A stretch of DNA of 59,149 bases, counting the filler, from Gonapodya sp. JEL0774 (lineage: Eukaryota), in NCBI GenBank assembly GCA_027604505.1. It is 9 parts of 9 records of this genome, joined end to end, with 100 filler letters (N's around TTAATTAATTAA, not from the genome) between each part and the next. Parts side by side here need not be neighbours in the genome. Positions count along the whole stretch, not along the records: positions 19,825 to 26,313 come from JADIIX010000586.1; positions 26,414 to 32,901 come from JADIIX010000587.1; positions 33,002 to 39,475 come from JADIIX010000588.1; 6 more parts are not named here. One strand, given 5' to 3'. Below, in pieces: positions 22,163-34,421 of this stretch. The notes beneath the pieces are model-generated. The model did no database searches and was not told where the DNA came from. It worked only from the letters and a program-made list of their open reading frames with translations. A program made the position numbers and the translations under genes. Every line of letters begins with the position of its first letter. The first letter of the stretch is position 1.

Positions 22163-23432
22163 ATGCCTTCCCTGCTCCTCCTCCCGCAGGAAGTTCTCAT
22201 ATTGATCTCGCGAATGCTTGGAACCTCCGACCTTATGCTCTTCTACGTTTCCTGTCGCAGGTTAAGGAGCCTTCTCTATCAACATGGGACCTGGAAGCAC
22301 CATCATCTGGATTTGGGGGGACTCGAATACTTCGACAATCAAGATTTTAAGACTGTGCTCAACATCCTTGCCAGATTTCCACCTGGATGGGATGTGGCTA
22401 CTCTACGCGAAAACATTTACAAAGTCACGCTCGATCGCGCAAGCATCGGGAGGAGAACGGCGAACAGGATCATCAACGGACAATTCACCAACACCCGAGA
22501 GATTTCTTTTGTGGATTGTGTCTTGCTAAGACCGTACGCACTCATGGCCGAGGTGGTTTCGTATGATTGGGAGGATATTCGTTTCGAATGGGACATGAGC
22601 TTGTACCACCAAGAGCGTGGCTTCTGGCCAGAGTCTCTGGATTCTATTTAGTTGACGGTTGTGCTTCGGAGTCTACGGGACCTGAAATTTTTCCAGGACT
22701 GCTTGGGAGTTATAATGCTCTTACCCGCGTCTGCGCCGTGGAGTTCTGTCAACGACCCTCATGTTCGTCGGCATCTTCGCTCGGACTGGACCTCTGCACA
22801 GCATGCTTTCAAGCGAGATGTGCAGTGTGCGGGGCACACGAAGTGGCGGAGGAGGTGCGCAATGGTACCCGTCATAGGGCTTGTGAACATTGTTCGGACA
22901 CTGGTACGGTTGCCGTCTGCAAAACCTGGCGTCCCTCGTGATCTTGCCACCTCGAAAATTGGAATGTCTGGAACGACGTGCTCAGACTGTAGAAATCAGA
23001 CCAAATTGACAACCGATTGCCCTTACTGTAACACTCAGTCGAAAACAAAAAAGTATCTGGAGCGGTGCAGCCACTGCGAGAGAAGCCTTTGTGCATACTG
23101 TGCAGTGAAATGCGCGGGAGCTGCACTCGAAGGTCACCTACCGGATGCGTGCCGAGAGTGCTCTGGAGAACAATTTTACGCGGTGCATTCTGGGGAAGTA
23201 ATTTTACAAAATTGCTGCAGTATGGACTTCTTTCTCATGAATTGTGAATCTTGTGGGGGAGCGACCTTGGCAGATTGGAGTCGCACCTTGTACCTGCAGA
23301 GACGACATTCTGATGTGGGAATGCATCTATTGCATTGAAGGGACATGGTGTACCAATTGCGTGGAAGGTGAAATTGGCTGTCTGTGCGAGCCGTGTGGCG
23401 AACCCCTAGAGCGGTTCAAAAGAACAGATTGA
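22163..23432 (+). pseudogene. F-box plus LRR-like plus Cys-rich C-terminal protein, interrupted by ~3 frameshifts
   Basis: F-box LLLPQEVLILISRML..VSCRRLRSLL. CxxC-rich blocks continue in successive different frames (22567, 22652, 23244) without evident introns. Confidence 0.65.
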
Positions 23433-23739
23433 CTGGAATTTTTTACACCGTATCTGCGAGAGAGCGAAAGGACAGTACCCAACAACAAGCGTACCGTTTA
23501 TTTTTTAGCCCAAGATGACCTAAATTAGTTGACAAGTAGTACCCTGCTCGAGGTGATATTTGGACTCGTCAATGAACTGCGTTGAGGACCAACCATGACG
23601 CACATAAAATCAACTTTGGCATATTGAGATTTTTCTCAAAATTTGACTATCGAAGACTTTCTGAAGAGGAAAACGATATCGTGGTGTGTCAGTCTTCGTT
23701 AAAAAGGTCCCTCAAGACTTCTTTCGCACAAATCGTGTG

Positions 23740-25665
23740 ATGATAGAGTTCTTGAACCGCAAGTTTTCGTGCTCTCGATGTATTGCCGGCCACCGCTCGT
23801 CCTCTTGCGAGCATACGTCGTCCCAACTGGTTGAGATCAAATCAAAAGGACGGCCATCGACCCAATGCGGTCACTGCAAGACCCGGAGATCGCACGCCGT
23901 CGGAGCACATGCGAAATGTGTATGTGGGATTGTAGCGGAACAAGTAGAAGGGAAAAAGAGGGTGGAGCGTGAGTTTCGTAAAATTTCCAGTACTCCTTGC
24001 ACACTGATTCAGCCTTACGATCGGCACATGCCCATCGTTGGAACACACGTCGATCTTCTCGGCTCTTAGTTCGTCTCTCGAATGGGGCTTCTTTGTCATT
24101 TGTGGCTGCAGGTGCTTCTGAACTTGCCCTGCTTGAGCCGCTTGCACCTGGGACACCAGTGGCACTCCGGCTCGTGAAGAAGGGAAAGACCGCCTCGAAG
24201 CGTACTCCAGAACCATCTGATGATGGTATGGCCGACGATACCGTGGACGCGCAACAGTATATGCAGGTGGACATCCCTTTGGCGGGCATAGATGTGAAGG
24301 AAGAGGAAATGGAAGTCAATTGGGAGCAAGTTCTTCGTACGTTGCATTTAGACGGTTCTCTGGTTGATTTCTAATAGCTTTTTCGGATAATATGCAGGTA
24401 ACCCGTGCCAGTGCCGATTCGGCCAGCCGTGTATTTGCTCGACAATCTCCTCCACCACTTCCCGGGGTCGCAAGAAAGCATCTCCTGCAGCAGGAGCGAT
24501 ATACAGCCTGTCCGCCTACGATGACAGTGGGCCTGATGCCGCAGCTGCCCACTTTGGTCCTCCAGTGAACGCTGCAGTGACGCCGTTCAACACTCCAGGC
24601 CAATACTCAATCGGATCGCTGCTCGAGGCAGCAGCGGGCATGAACCATCCACAATACCAGCATCATTCTGTCACTCCTGATCCTTTTACCGAATGGAATG
24701 GTCTTACAGCACCGGGTCATCTGCAGTCTGGACACTACGGCACCTTCAACACCCATGCGATGGCTACACCACCGTATTCGCACCATTTTGGCCCGTTCGC
24801 GCCACCCTCATCAACTGTCTCAGTAGTACCCTCTGTCTTCCCAGGTACACTATACGATTATCCTTCCTCCACCGATGCCGCCCCCCTAGACACAATTCCC
24901 CAGCACCAAATCGCACCACAACCTTCGTCGCATTTGTCATCAATAACGAGTCACGTCCCCCTGACTCGTCATCTTGACGCACTCAATCTGCCCGCCTTCC
25001 CTTCTTCTCAACCACCTTCCTCTACCAACCTGCAACCCAGCGATACATCTTCTGCTTCTGCGTACTCCGCCAACGTGTCTTCAAGCTCGTGCTGCTCTGG
25101 TTCGATTCCACCAACCTCGACCCCGCCCCCACTTAGTTTAGGCCTCGACACTCTTCCAGTTTGTTCCTGTGGCTGCTTCGAGCCGTCCGACTCGTGTGAC
25201 TCGTGCGGCGCGAGGTGCGAGGAAGGTGCCTTGTGGAACTTGAACGGGACGGAGGGCGTTGCCGAGACCTCCGTAACGGTCGACAAGAAGGCCGGTGGAT
25301 GCTGCTCTGGAGGATGTCGGTGCTCGACGGGGAAGCCTGGGGGGACGTCCGGTGCGAACGGGACACAGACTGCAGGGTGCTGCGGCGGAAAGCAAGTCGT
25401 TCCTCAAACATCCCTTCATGTTTCGCACGATCCCGCCACTCTCTACACCTCCGGTATATCTTCGAACGGGTCGTGCTGTGGAGGGCCGAGAGACCATGTT
25501 GGCTCGACATTCACACCTGCACCGTTAATGGGATCTCGGGGCTGTTGCGGAGGGAGCGGAGAGAGCAACGCGAGCACAGGATGTGCGTGTTGCGATGGCG
25601 ATGGTCACGATGAGGAAGGAGCGGGTGGGGATCAAGTTGACGGCGGACGCGCCTGTTGTGGTTAG
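23740..25665 (+). CDS. Copper-fist (Ace1/Mac1/Cuf1 family) transcription factor with a long Cys-rich C-terminus, 2 introns
   Basis: KFSCSRCIAGHRSSSCEH..KSKGRPSTQCGHCK..H.KCVC, then NPCQCRFGQPCICS after splicing, then multiple CC and CxC clusters. Confidence 0.9.
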
Positions 25666-26413
25666 GCTGATGAAAACGAAGTCGTCGTTCAACATTCGTA
25701 CTATGCATTTTGTGATCAAGTATTAGAATACAGGACAAAAAGATGATGGTATCCCTGATGCTGAACGTCCTTCTGATGTTTCTGCTGCAGACTTGAGTTT
25801 TGCAGATTGATATCAATAGTGTCTTAGTACTATGCAATATACCGCGAACATGTTGATCTAAAGAAAACAAACGGTTTGCTCTGCGGTATTAGATCAGGCC
25901 GCGCTCTCGAAGTTTATCACCGGGGTACATATATGACTCATCGAATTCTACTCACTTGTTCCTCGGCCACCACCCCGCCAATGAAGTTGAAAGGAAATAT
26001 CCTCACCACTTTGCAGAATATTAGCGGAACGGGCCTTGGATTTCAGGTAGCAATTTGGTTGAGATCACTCACCGAGGTGCCTTGGGAGACGGGACTATAC
26101 ATTCGAGATATCGGCACAGTCGCTTCCGTTTGTTGTAATGTACGTAGTACGCACGATCTTGTTTATTTGCCCACAATGTTTGGTGAGCTACATATGTCCG
26201 GACTTGAGAAGCACCGGACTTCATCTCGACAATCGAGCACTCACAAACGTATTGCTGGGCTGGCAAGAGTGCATGAGAGTACAAGCAAGTTCTCGCAATA
26301 ATATTGTGTTGTGNNNNNNNNNNNNNNNNNNNNNNNNNNNNNNNNNNNNNNNNNNNNTTAATTAATTAANNNNNNNNNNNNNNNNNNNNNNNNNNNNNNN
26401 NNNNNNNNNNNNN

Positions 26414-28114
26414 AAAACGTGGATCGTAGAAAGGTTGATGGGAATGGGAGACGTGGTGGCTATGTGCGGAGATGGAACAAATGATTGTGGAGCCCTCAAA
26501 GCTGCTCACGTTGGCCTCGCCCTATCTGACTCCGAAGCATCCGTCGTCGCTCCGTTCACGAGCGCCAACATTGAGATCACTGACACCATGACACTGTTCC
26601 TTGAGGGGAGGTGCGCGCTCGACACAAGCTTTACGGCATTCAAGTTCATGTTACTGTACGCTTTAGTGCAGCTTGTCGTGAGTACCCATCACTTTGCGAA
26701 AGCTTTACTCTGCTTCTATTTTCAAACGTGCTCTCTCCTTAAAATCAGATTACACTCTCTCTCTCGCACATGGGCAGCACCGTTAGCAACAATCAGTTGC
26801 TGGTTGACGATCTCCTAATCGTCACCGGTCTTGCGTTCTGGATGGCGTACACCGGACCTGCCCGCACACTATCCATTGAAGCGCCAGCCGACTCTCTTTT
26901 CCACGCGGCAGTGGTAACCTCACTCGTTGGACAAGTCGCGCTCTTCATATGGTTTTTCGTCGTGGTGACCATCATGTTGTACTCTTCCGCCGAGAGCGCG
27001 TGGTTCTGCAGCTTGACCAACGCTTCACAGTTCCTCGACAAGTCAACATTTAAACCTCTTGATGTGTCCCGCGGAGCCGCGAATTTCCCGTGCTATCCAA
27101 TTGATCCCGTCAATGACGTTTTGCTCGGCCAGCTGCAAAGAACTATGGAGAACACTGTATTCTGGTTGTTCGCCCATTTCCAGTTCTTAGTTGCCGCACT
27201 CGGAGTAACGATTGGTGGGTTTAAGATGTTTATTACTGTTTCGCACTTGACTCATTTTACGTGTCGGTGTCCTCTCTCAATGTTCAATAGTGGCACGACA
27301 CCGTCAACCCTTCTGGAATAATCGCATCTTTGCCGTTTACTTGGTTCTTCTTTTTCTTGTCCTGACCTTCATGCTACTCACACCCGATACCGCACCTTGG
27401 GCAGCAGGCCTGAGCACCGCCTTCAACTTGCGTGAAGGTGTTCCCCTTTCGTTCCGCCTCAAGCTCTGGGTGGTGGCCATGGTTGACATTGTTGTTTGTG
27501 GGATCGCGTGGGAGCTGCTGGTTGTCGACCGGCTCGTCCCTTGGATCATTGCGCAATCTGTGGGCCCTAAGGGCAAAAAGATTTCCTGGCTCGGCGACCG
27601 GAAAGGTAGTGCGGCACCAGGCTTTTCCACCAACCGAGGGTCTTTCAAGGGCAGCTCGGTCACCACGGAAACCGAAAGTGGCGGCATCTTCGGCTGGCTC
27701 GCCCGTACCTTCAAGGGTAACAGATTGGGGGGCCGTCCTGGTGTTCTTTCAGGCCCTCGCAATTACGGAGTCACCACCTCGTCTCAGATCTATCGCCGTA
27801 CTCTGCGTGATCCCGTTTCAGAGGACGAGGTGGCATTAATCGACCGGCCCACCACTCGTCGCACAGTGGCAGAAGCGGAAGCCTTTGGAGAATCATCGTC
27901 ATCAAGTCCAGAGCTCTCTGGAGACGTCAGCAGCACCTCGCCCATCTCATCACCTCCGCCGCAGCAACGACCGGCCGCTCCTCTTCAGCCGACACTGAAG
28001 CTGGGGGGCAGACATCTGAGCCAGAGGAGGGCGGAGCGGCGGGTAGCGAGTGGCACCACTGGAACGTCCGCTCCTAGTTCAAGCACCAGCTCTTCATCGG
28101 GAGGAGCTAAGTAG
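26414..28114 (+). CDS. P5-type (ATP13A/Ypk9-like) P-type ATPase, C-terminal part
   Basis: MCGDGTNDCGALKAAHVGLALSDSEASVVAPFTS, EGRCALDTSF, multiple TM segments, HRQPFWNN. Confidence 0.9.
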
Positions 28115-28403
28115 CGGGAGAGATCGATAGTTTATTGTTATACATAGTAATGAAATGTGATATGGTCCCCGAACAGATTGATAGGGCATGGCATGTCGTG
28201 TATATACGATATGAGACTCATTTAGATCACTGCGTTCCTGGCATATATGTAGGGGGGACAAATCCATTCATCAATGCTCCGCTGGTCTCTCCACACGCTC
28301 CGGATCAAGGCAGTGATCGATTTCAAACTGGATTGCACTACCCAATGATCCGATTACCCGCCATAGAGTACTCCATGTGATCCACCAAACAAAACAACCA
28401 ATT

Positions 28404-29837
28404 TCAATAACCATGGAAACCAACAACAGCTCCATTTGAAACAAGAATCGTGCTTTGTCCATCCCACTCCCTCAGTGCTGGTGGCCAATTTTCGTGCGCC
28501 TTCCAGCGTTGAAGCAGAGGTTCAGAATAGTCGTCGGCCCACGGAGAAATTGGTGAGAAGCTAAACACGCAATTGGTCAACTGATGATGCTCCACAGAGC
28601 ATGAAGAGCTACCGGTGAGTGTACCCAGAAATGTTGGTAGTCCAGAAGCTGGTATGTTGTGTACAGCTTTTCTGTGGATCCAGGGAGAGGATATCCGAAC
28701 AACCAGAAATCTCAATCCTGAAAGAGTCTCTTTCAGTTTTGCTGCGAGACTTTCCACCTGCTTTGTTTTGTTAGCGTCGGCATCCAGCCTCTCCGTGGTG
28801 AGAAGGAGATGTAGTTTTCGCACACGCTTCAGAGCAAGTTTCGTGGTGGAAGTTATGGCAGGTGACCGAAATTGCGCCAATGAGGTATCTGGATCTCCAA
28901 TCCAAAAGAGTCCAAGTTCGCGGAGGTTTGGGTAGACATTTGGTGCAGATAGAAGCTCAATCAGAACTTCGCCGCGCTTCTCGAAGTCTATCTGATCAGA
29001 CTTATCCACAATAAGTGAAGTTACGATTCGTCGATGGGATAGAGGGATAGCCTCTTCGACCAACTTGTGAGTCCATGAGCCCGGCTCCTCGAAAGGCGGT
29101 AGGAACCGGCCACCGCGGATAAATTCGACGGACGGAAATCTAGCCGCGTGCATTTGTAGCATGGACAGTTTGTCGACCCTTGTTATATTCACTGGCCAGC
29201 TTGATATTTCATCCCACAGAGTCAAGTGAGTCACTGAGGCCATTGTCAGATGCTCAGGTAGTGAATCCATCAGATGTATATTGTCCAGGCATTCGAGTTC
29301 AACTTCGGGGACATTCAATCTGCGGACGTACTGAACCACTTTAGTGAGAGCTGCGAGGCTGTTTTCGAAATCGAATATGATTCTGCGTTTCGACAAACGA
29401 CTATACACCGAGGTTACCGCGGCTTGTACTGGACGCGATACTAGATGTCTGTGCACGTCGCTCCTGGCCATGACCGTGTCCACTGCTCTGTTCGACAGCA
29501 CTTCAAAGTCCTCTGCATTGGGGTCGATAATGTCCTCGACGAACACTTCGGCCACTGAATCCTGCAAGAGTGCACACCACACGACACCTCCCGATGAGGT
29601 TACTCCCTTAGTGAAGTGACCCATGACATTGCAATACGATCCTCCTCGGAGGCTGTCCCCATCTGACCCGATATACACTCTCACGCCGATCCCGACAGTT
29701 TCTCCGGGGCATCCTGGTATAGCACCGAGAGACCCTTCGCGAAAATGACGTGAGAGGCGTGGTATCACTCCATAGAACGTGCTGGGGGAAAGGAAGCGGA
29801 AGATACGTTGAAGAGTTTCGACGGGAATCAACTCCAT
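28404..29837 (-). CDS. Intronless 477-aa F-box-like/LRR-like lineage-specific protein
   Basis: Long intact ORF with an F-box-like start IPVETLQRIFRFLSP. A paralogous pseudogene lies at 7305-8765. Confidence 0.75.
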   Translation of the reverse strand: MELIPVETLQRIFRFLSPSTFYGVIPRLSRHFREGSLGAIPGCPGETVGIGVRVYIGSDGDSLRGGSYCNVMGHFTKGVTSSGGVVWCALLQDSVAEVFVEDIIDPNAEDFEVLSNRAVDTVMARSDVHRHLVSRPVQAAVTSVYSRLSKRRIIFDFENSLAALTKVVQYVRRLNVPEVELECLDNIHLMDSLPEHLTMASVTHLTLWDEISSWPVNITRVDKLSMLQMHAARFPSVEFIRGGRFLPPFEEPGSWTHKLVEEAIPLSHRRIVTSLIVDKSDQIDFEKRGEVLIELLSAPNVYPNLRELGLFWIGDPDTSLAQFRSPAITSTTKLALKRVRKLHLLLTTERLDADANKTKQVESLAAKLKETLSGLRFLVVRISSPWIHRKAVHNIPASGLPTFLGTLTGSSSCSVEHHQLTNCVFSFSPISPWADDYSEPLLQRWKAHENWPPALREWDGQSTILVSNGAVVGFHGY

Positions 29838-30120
29838 CCTAACACAATCGCGGTGACGAGTTGCTGTGTAAGAATCTTCCACAACAACGAGGCTCAAAAG
29901 GATAAACGATGAAAGATGATCTCGGTGTTTGTTCTTCCACTTTGTTTGGTTACTACACAACATCCAGCGTCAACAGCACTGACACCACGCGGATCATCCC
30001 CAGCTACTTCCATCATTCTAAAAGTCGTATGGTTGAAATTTCCACACATAAATGATGCTAATGCAATAATGAGCATGCTTATTACATAACTCAAGTTTAC
30101 TCAGGGTTTCAAGTACGTGC

Positions 30121-32901
30121 CTATATATTCTTACTTTCCACCACGTCCACCCCTGGGCGCTCCACTGTCTCTTTCCACTCCCTTCTCCCCTTTTCCGCCC
30201 TCCACCACAACACACCGGCCCACACCGCGCCAGCATCCGCCACTGCGACAAACAAGACCCCAAACAACCAGCGCGGTGCAAACACGCTCCACACCATCAA
30301 GTGCCTCCTGAGGTACACGAGACCGGCCATGCACGCCGCTGCGGGGAGAAAAGACAGTGAGGTGTGCGAGGCGATGGTGGTGCGAATGGAGGAGGGACTA
30401 GACGCGGCGGTACGATTGTCGGGGTACCACGAGGTGACGAGTGGTGCGGACAGAGCGACAAGTAGAGGCCCGCCAACCGCATTAAGCACTACTAAGACGG
30501 GCGAAATGTAGTAGTTTACGTCCCGGAGCCCCACAAACCCGGCCGCCCAATTGAATGAGGATAGTATGGTTTGGTGGGCTGTGGCGAACAGGGCATGCAG
30601 AGCGAGAAGGTGGAGCGCAGTCTGGAGTGCGGCAGATGGAGCGTGTAGTGGCAGAAGGTCCGTGGTCAATGGACCATTGGTGTTTGGTACGACAGGCATG
30701 GACGCGATATGGAGCAACACCACCGTCATCAACGTTCCAAGCAACCCGGCACCTGCTGCAGGCGTCTGTACAACCGTCAGCGCACAGCCCACAGTCACCA
30801 CAAACAGCAAATATGCTGCCTGTGTGGAGTCACGCATGCCGACAATCCTCACCCGCCCTTTTACGGGAACAGCGACACCCAATACGTCCGCCGCTTTCGA
30901 TTCAGCAACTTCCACCCCCGCACATACCGGCCAAAACCACCACGAGGCGAGCGCAGCAACACCACAGGGGAGCCACATGTATCGCACGATGCCGATTTTG
31001 GCGTCGGAGATGGGCACACCCCACACAACGTAGGTGGGGTCAGACGATTCGACCAGGGCGAGTGCCCACGTTGCCATGGTTGTTGCCAAAATGCACGTGA
31101 CAAAACTCAAAACGAGCGGTGCGACACCTCGAATCCCGCGGGATGTAGTGGTGCCGCCGAGAGTATACACAGTGAGTGCGAGTGTTGCGATGGCGGTGAC
31201 AACTGCGAAAGCCAGAGCGGACCATGTGGAAAGCGCCTTAGAGGTGCAATGTGGGAAGATCTCGAGTTGTTCGGGACGACATGTGTGGACCGCGGAGGTA
31301 GCGAGCACCGTGAATGCGGCGGCGAGGGTGGAGAGGACGTCACGCCGTAGAACCCGCTCCGCCGTCACGACACCTCCACCGCCAACGTCCTTTCCTCCCA
31401 ATGCTCCCCTTCTGACCGTCTCTACAACGTGCGCCACAAGAACCCCGACGAGCAACCATTTCACTACCGTATCCTCGTGGATCGTGAACGTGTCAGACAC
31501 CATGGACGACGCCTGTACGATTGCTGGGACGACGTACAGCGCGGCAGTAGGTGGCAGTGACACGATGGTCCTCATGGACGCTTTCCCCGATCGGAGGAAC
31601 CGAATTGCAAAAGGGATGGGGTAAGTGGTGAGTACGTGGATGGCACAACCCACTGCGACGGCGATGGTGAGGTGGTGGAGGGTTGTGGAACGGGACGAGA
31701 GGAAAGACACATACGGCGATGTTTGCGGCTGTGACAAGGCGATGGAAGGAAGGATGTGGCGGAGGAGGACACGGGAGACGAGGAATGCCCCGAGGGATGA
31801 TTTTATAGTGAGACCCAACTGCGCAGGAGACGATGGTCGTGCTGGCTGCGAAGATATACCAGCCATCACGACTCCCAACCCCGCAACGGCACCCAGCATG
31901 GCGACCGAAACTGCGGCGATCATAAGGGGCACATCGAACGAGGCCCACGCAGCGCGGCAGGCGGTGAGTACGCCGCGGGAGTACGACGCGTAGGCGAGGT
32001 AGGTGGCGACGTAAAGGTCCCGCAACGAGCTCTGAGTGTCGGTGGCATACGCAGTAGAGAACGCTGCGAAGCTTGCTTCAGCGTCGTCCAGGAGTGCAGC
32101 GAGGGAGGAGATCGTTGACTGCGGTATGAAGGCGGGGTCCAGTGCCGTGTACCTCTCCACGTACCGGGCTGTCGCTCGCACAGCGGCTCGAGTGACGTGG
32201 AGGAGGTGAATGGCGGGTGGGACGGTGGTTCCTCGTGGGGTGAACCAGAGCAGGTGTGGAATGGGGAGGCCGAGGGAGGAAGAAGGGATGGGAAGGCGGA
32301 GGAGGTAGGCGAGAGTCGGAGTCAGATCGAGTTGCGGTGTGGGTGATGTGGATGGTGTAGAGGAAGTGAGGAGAGGCAGAATCGACGCATCCAGGCCTTG
32401 CGCATCAGAGTGGGCGTTGATCGCTGAGGTATCAGACAACGTGGTCCCAACCAACCCCGCCTTCGAATACGCAAAGAACGCCACATCCGTTTCTTCGCTC
32501 GTATCGCCCCCGTGATCTCCCGTACCCGTCATTCCGTGGTCTCCCATGACCAGCAAGAGCGTGTCGCGGGGCAACGAGCGTGTCACGTTTCGGAGGACGG
32601 AGTTCCACTGGGAGAGTTTGAGGGACATGGAGGGGTGGGAGGGGTGGTAGCGGTGCCCGGCGTGGTCGATGCCGAGGGGGTGGGCGAGGAGGAGGTCGAA
32701 GGGGATCGGAGGGGATGTGGGGGATAGGAGGTGGTTCAGGTGGTGGATGACGCCGTCGTCCACGGTGTGCAGGTCCCATCTGAGGGAAGGAAAGTTGATT
32801 GGGGGAGCGCAGATGATCAGGCAGGCGGTGAATACCGTGACTGGAAGACTGTGTATCACTCACACATTGAACGAAGGGTAAGGGTTGATGGGGTCGTACG
32901 A
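30121..32901 (-). CDS. GPI13: GPI ethanolamine phosphate transferase 3 (PIG-O), 5'-truncated
   Basis: YPSFNV|WDLHTVDDGV, AHPLGIDHAGHRY, VMGDHGMTGTGDHGGD, many TM segments, LRRHLMVWSVFAPRW. Confidence 0.92.
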
Positions 32902-33091
32902 NNNNNNNNNNNNNNNNNNNNNNNNNNNNNNNNNNNNNNNNNNNNTTAATTAATTAANNNNNNNNNNNNNNNNNNNNNNNNNNNNNNNNNNNNNNNNNNN
33001 NATTTCTGCAAGCCCTACTGGGATCCGATTCTTGCGAATTGTGGGCTATAACTAAGGTTTCTAACGCTCGCCCTCGTCATGTACCAAATTA

Positions 33092-34095
33092 CAGCTAATT
33101 TCAAAATACATGACACTGGCCCCAAAAAAATTGTGCACAAAAGTTACGAGCCCGTAACTTCCACACGCGATTGCTCCACAACCAGACGTCACAGAGCGAA
33201 AATTCAAACGGAGTTACGATCGCGCTAAAATTTCGAACGCAATCATGTAAGTTTTGTCCAGATCCGAGGAGTGCCGCCCAACGCTTCCCGTCACGGCGCA
33301 TCTCGCGTTTTCCCGAATTTCCCACCATCGTGACCGATTTCTGGGCGAATACTGACGATCCATTACATATACAGCGGAGTGAGTGATCGGAAATGGTTTT
33401 GAGAGCGGGTTTAGTGTGCATCTCACCCAAGGTTTGTGAGATGTCAGATGTCTCCTCAGTGATTCAGGTTACCTCCCCATCCACAACAATCCAGCACACC
33501 ACCATGCCTTTACTTTGAATCTTCGGTCGTGTGGCGTGTAGTAAGTTGCCTGCGAGACTGTGGCACCGTCTCGTGTATGTAGTTTGTACATGAACCCGCG
33601 AACTGTCCCGAAGGGCCAAACTCGCACTTGCCCCATAGACAATACAAAGGCTATCGCATAATCAATTACAAACTGTGTGAAAATAGTCCCCCAGCGCAAT
33701 GCTTCCGACTACGGTGCAGGCATATGAGGCTGGTGGCAGACCAATACAGAGCAAGCAATCACTGACAAGAAGAAAACCACTCAAAGACATCTCCGATCAC
33801 TCACGACGCTAGATTTATGATTGATCGTCAATATTTCCAGAGGAATCGGTCGCAATGCCGGGAAATTAGGGAAAACCGCGAGTTGTGCCAATATGGGACG
33901 TGATGGGCGGCACTCCTCCGATCTGAACGAGACCTACATGATTGCGTTTGAAATTTTAGCGCGATCGTAACTCCGTTTGAATTTTTGCTCTGTGACGTCT
34001 GGTTGTGGAGCAATCGCGTGTGGAAGTTACGACAGGCTCGTAACTTTTGAGCACAATTTTTTTGGGGCCAGTGTCATGTATTTTGAATTTAGCTG
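33092..34095. mobile_element. Non-autonomous DNA transposon, ~1004 bp, with ~310-bp terminal inverted repeats and a TA target-site duplication (Tc1/mariner-like)
   Basis: 33092-33403 is the reverse complement of 33780-34095. Ends read TA|CAGCT...AGCTG|TA. No transposase ORF in the ~375-bp core. Confidence 0.85.
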
Positions 34096-34347
34096 TAAAG
34101 AATAAAGGGATGTGGTCTCCAAAATGGGGTGCGCGCCGCAACCATAAACCGAATGTGAAATTAGTCGCAATACCTTTCTCAGTTACTGATTTCCATATTC
34201 TGAAGACTGAATTTGCTATCTTAGACACTTTCCTGTTGTATCGTAACTTCTGCTGTTAGTGGCGCCGGACATGAGGGGTGACGTCATCTTCCCTTCCTGC
34301 ATGGAAATTTCTTGGCGTCACCCCAAAATTGCTCATCGTTCAACCAT

Positions 34348-34355
34348 TATATAAA
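34348..34355 (+). promoter_or_regulatory. TATA box (TATATAAA) of the lysyl oxidase gene
   Basis: Canonical TATATAAA ~70 nt before the ATG at 34422. Confidence 0.55.
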
Positions 34356-34421
34356 GGTCTCGCATCTCCTCATCTCTCCCTATACTCTGATCCTTCCCAC
34401 AGGCCGGCAACGCTGTCCCCA

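Noticed and set aside
22649..22651. Stop-codon readthrough or an alternative genetic code in the F-box gene
   Set aside because: The Cys-rich continuation is in another frame, and other genes here use TAG, TAA and TGA as normal stops.
30551..31993. Plus-strand ORFs of 120-213 aa
   Set aside because: Antisense shadows of GPI13.
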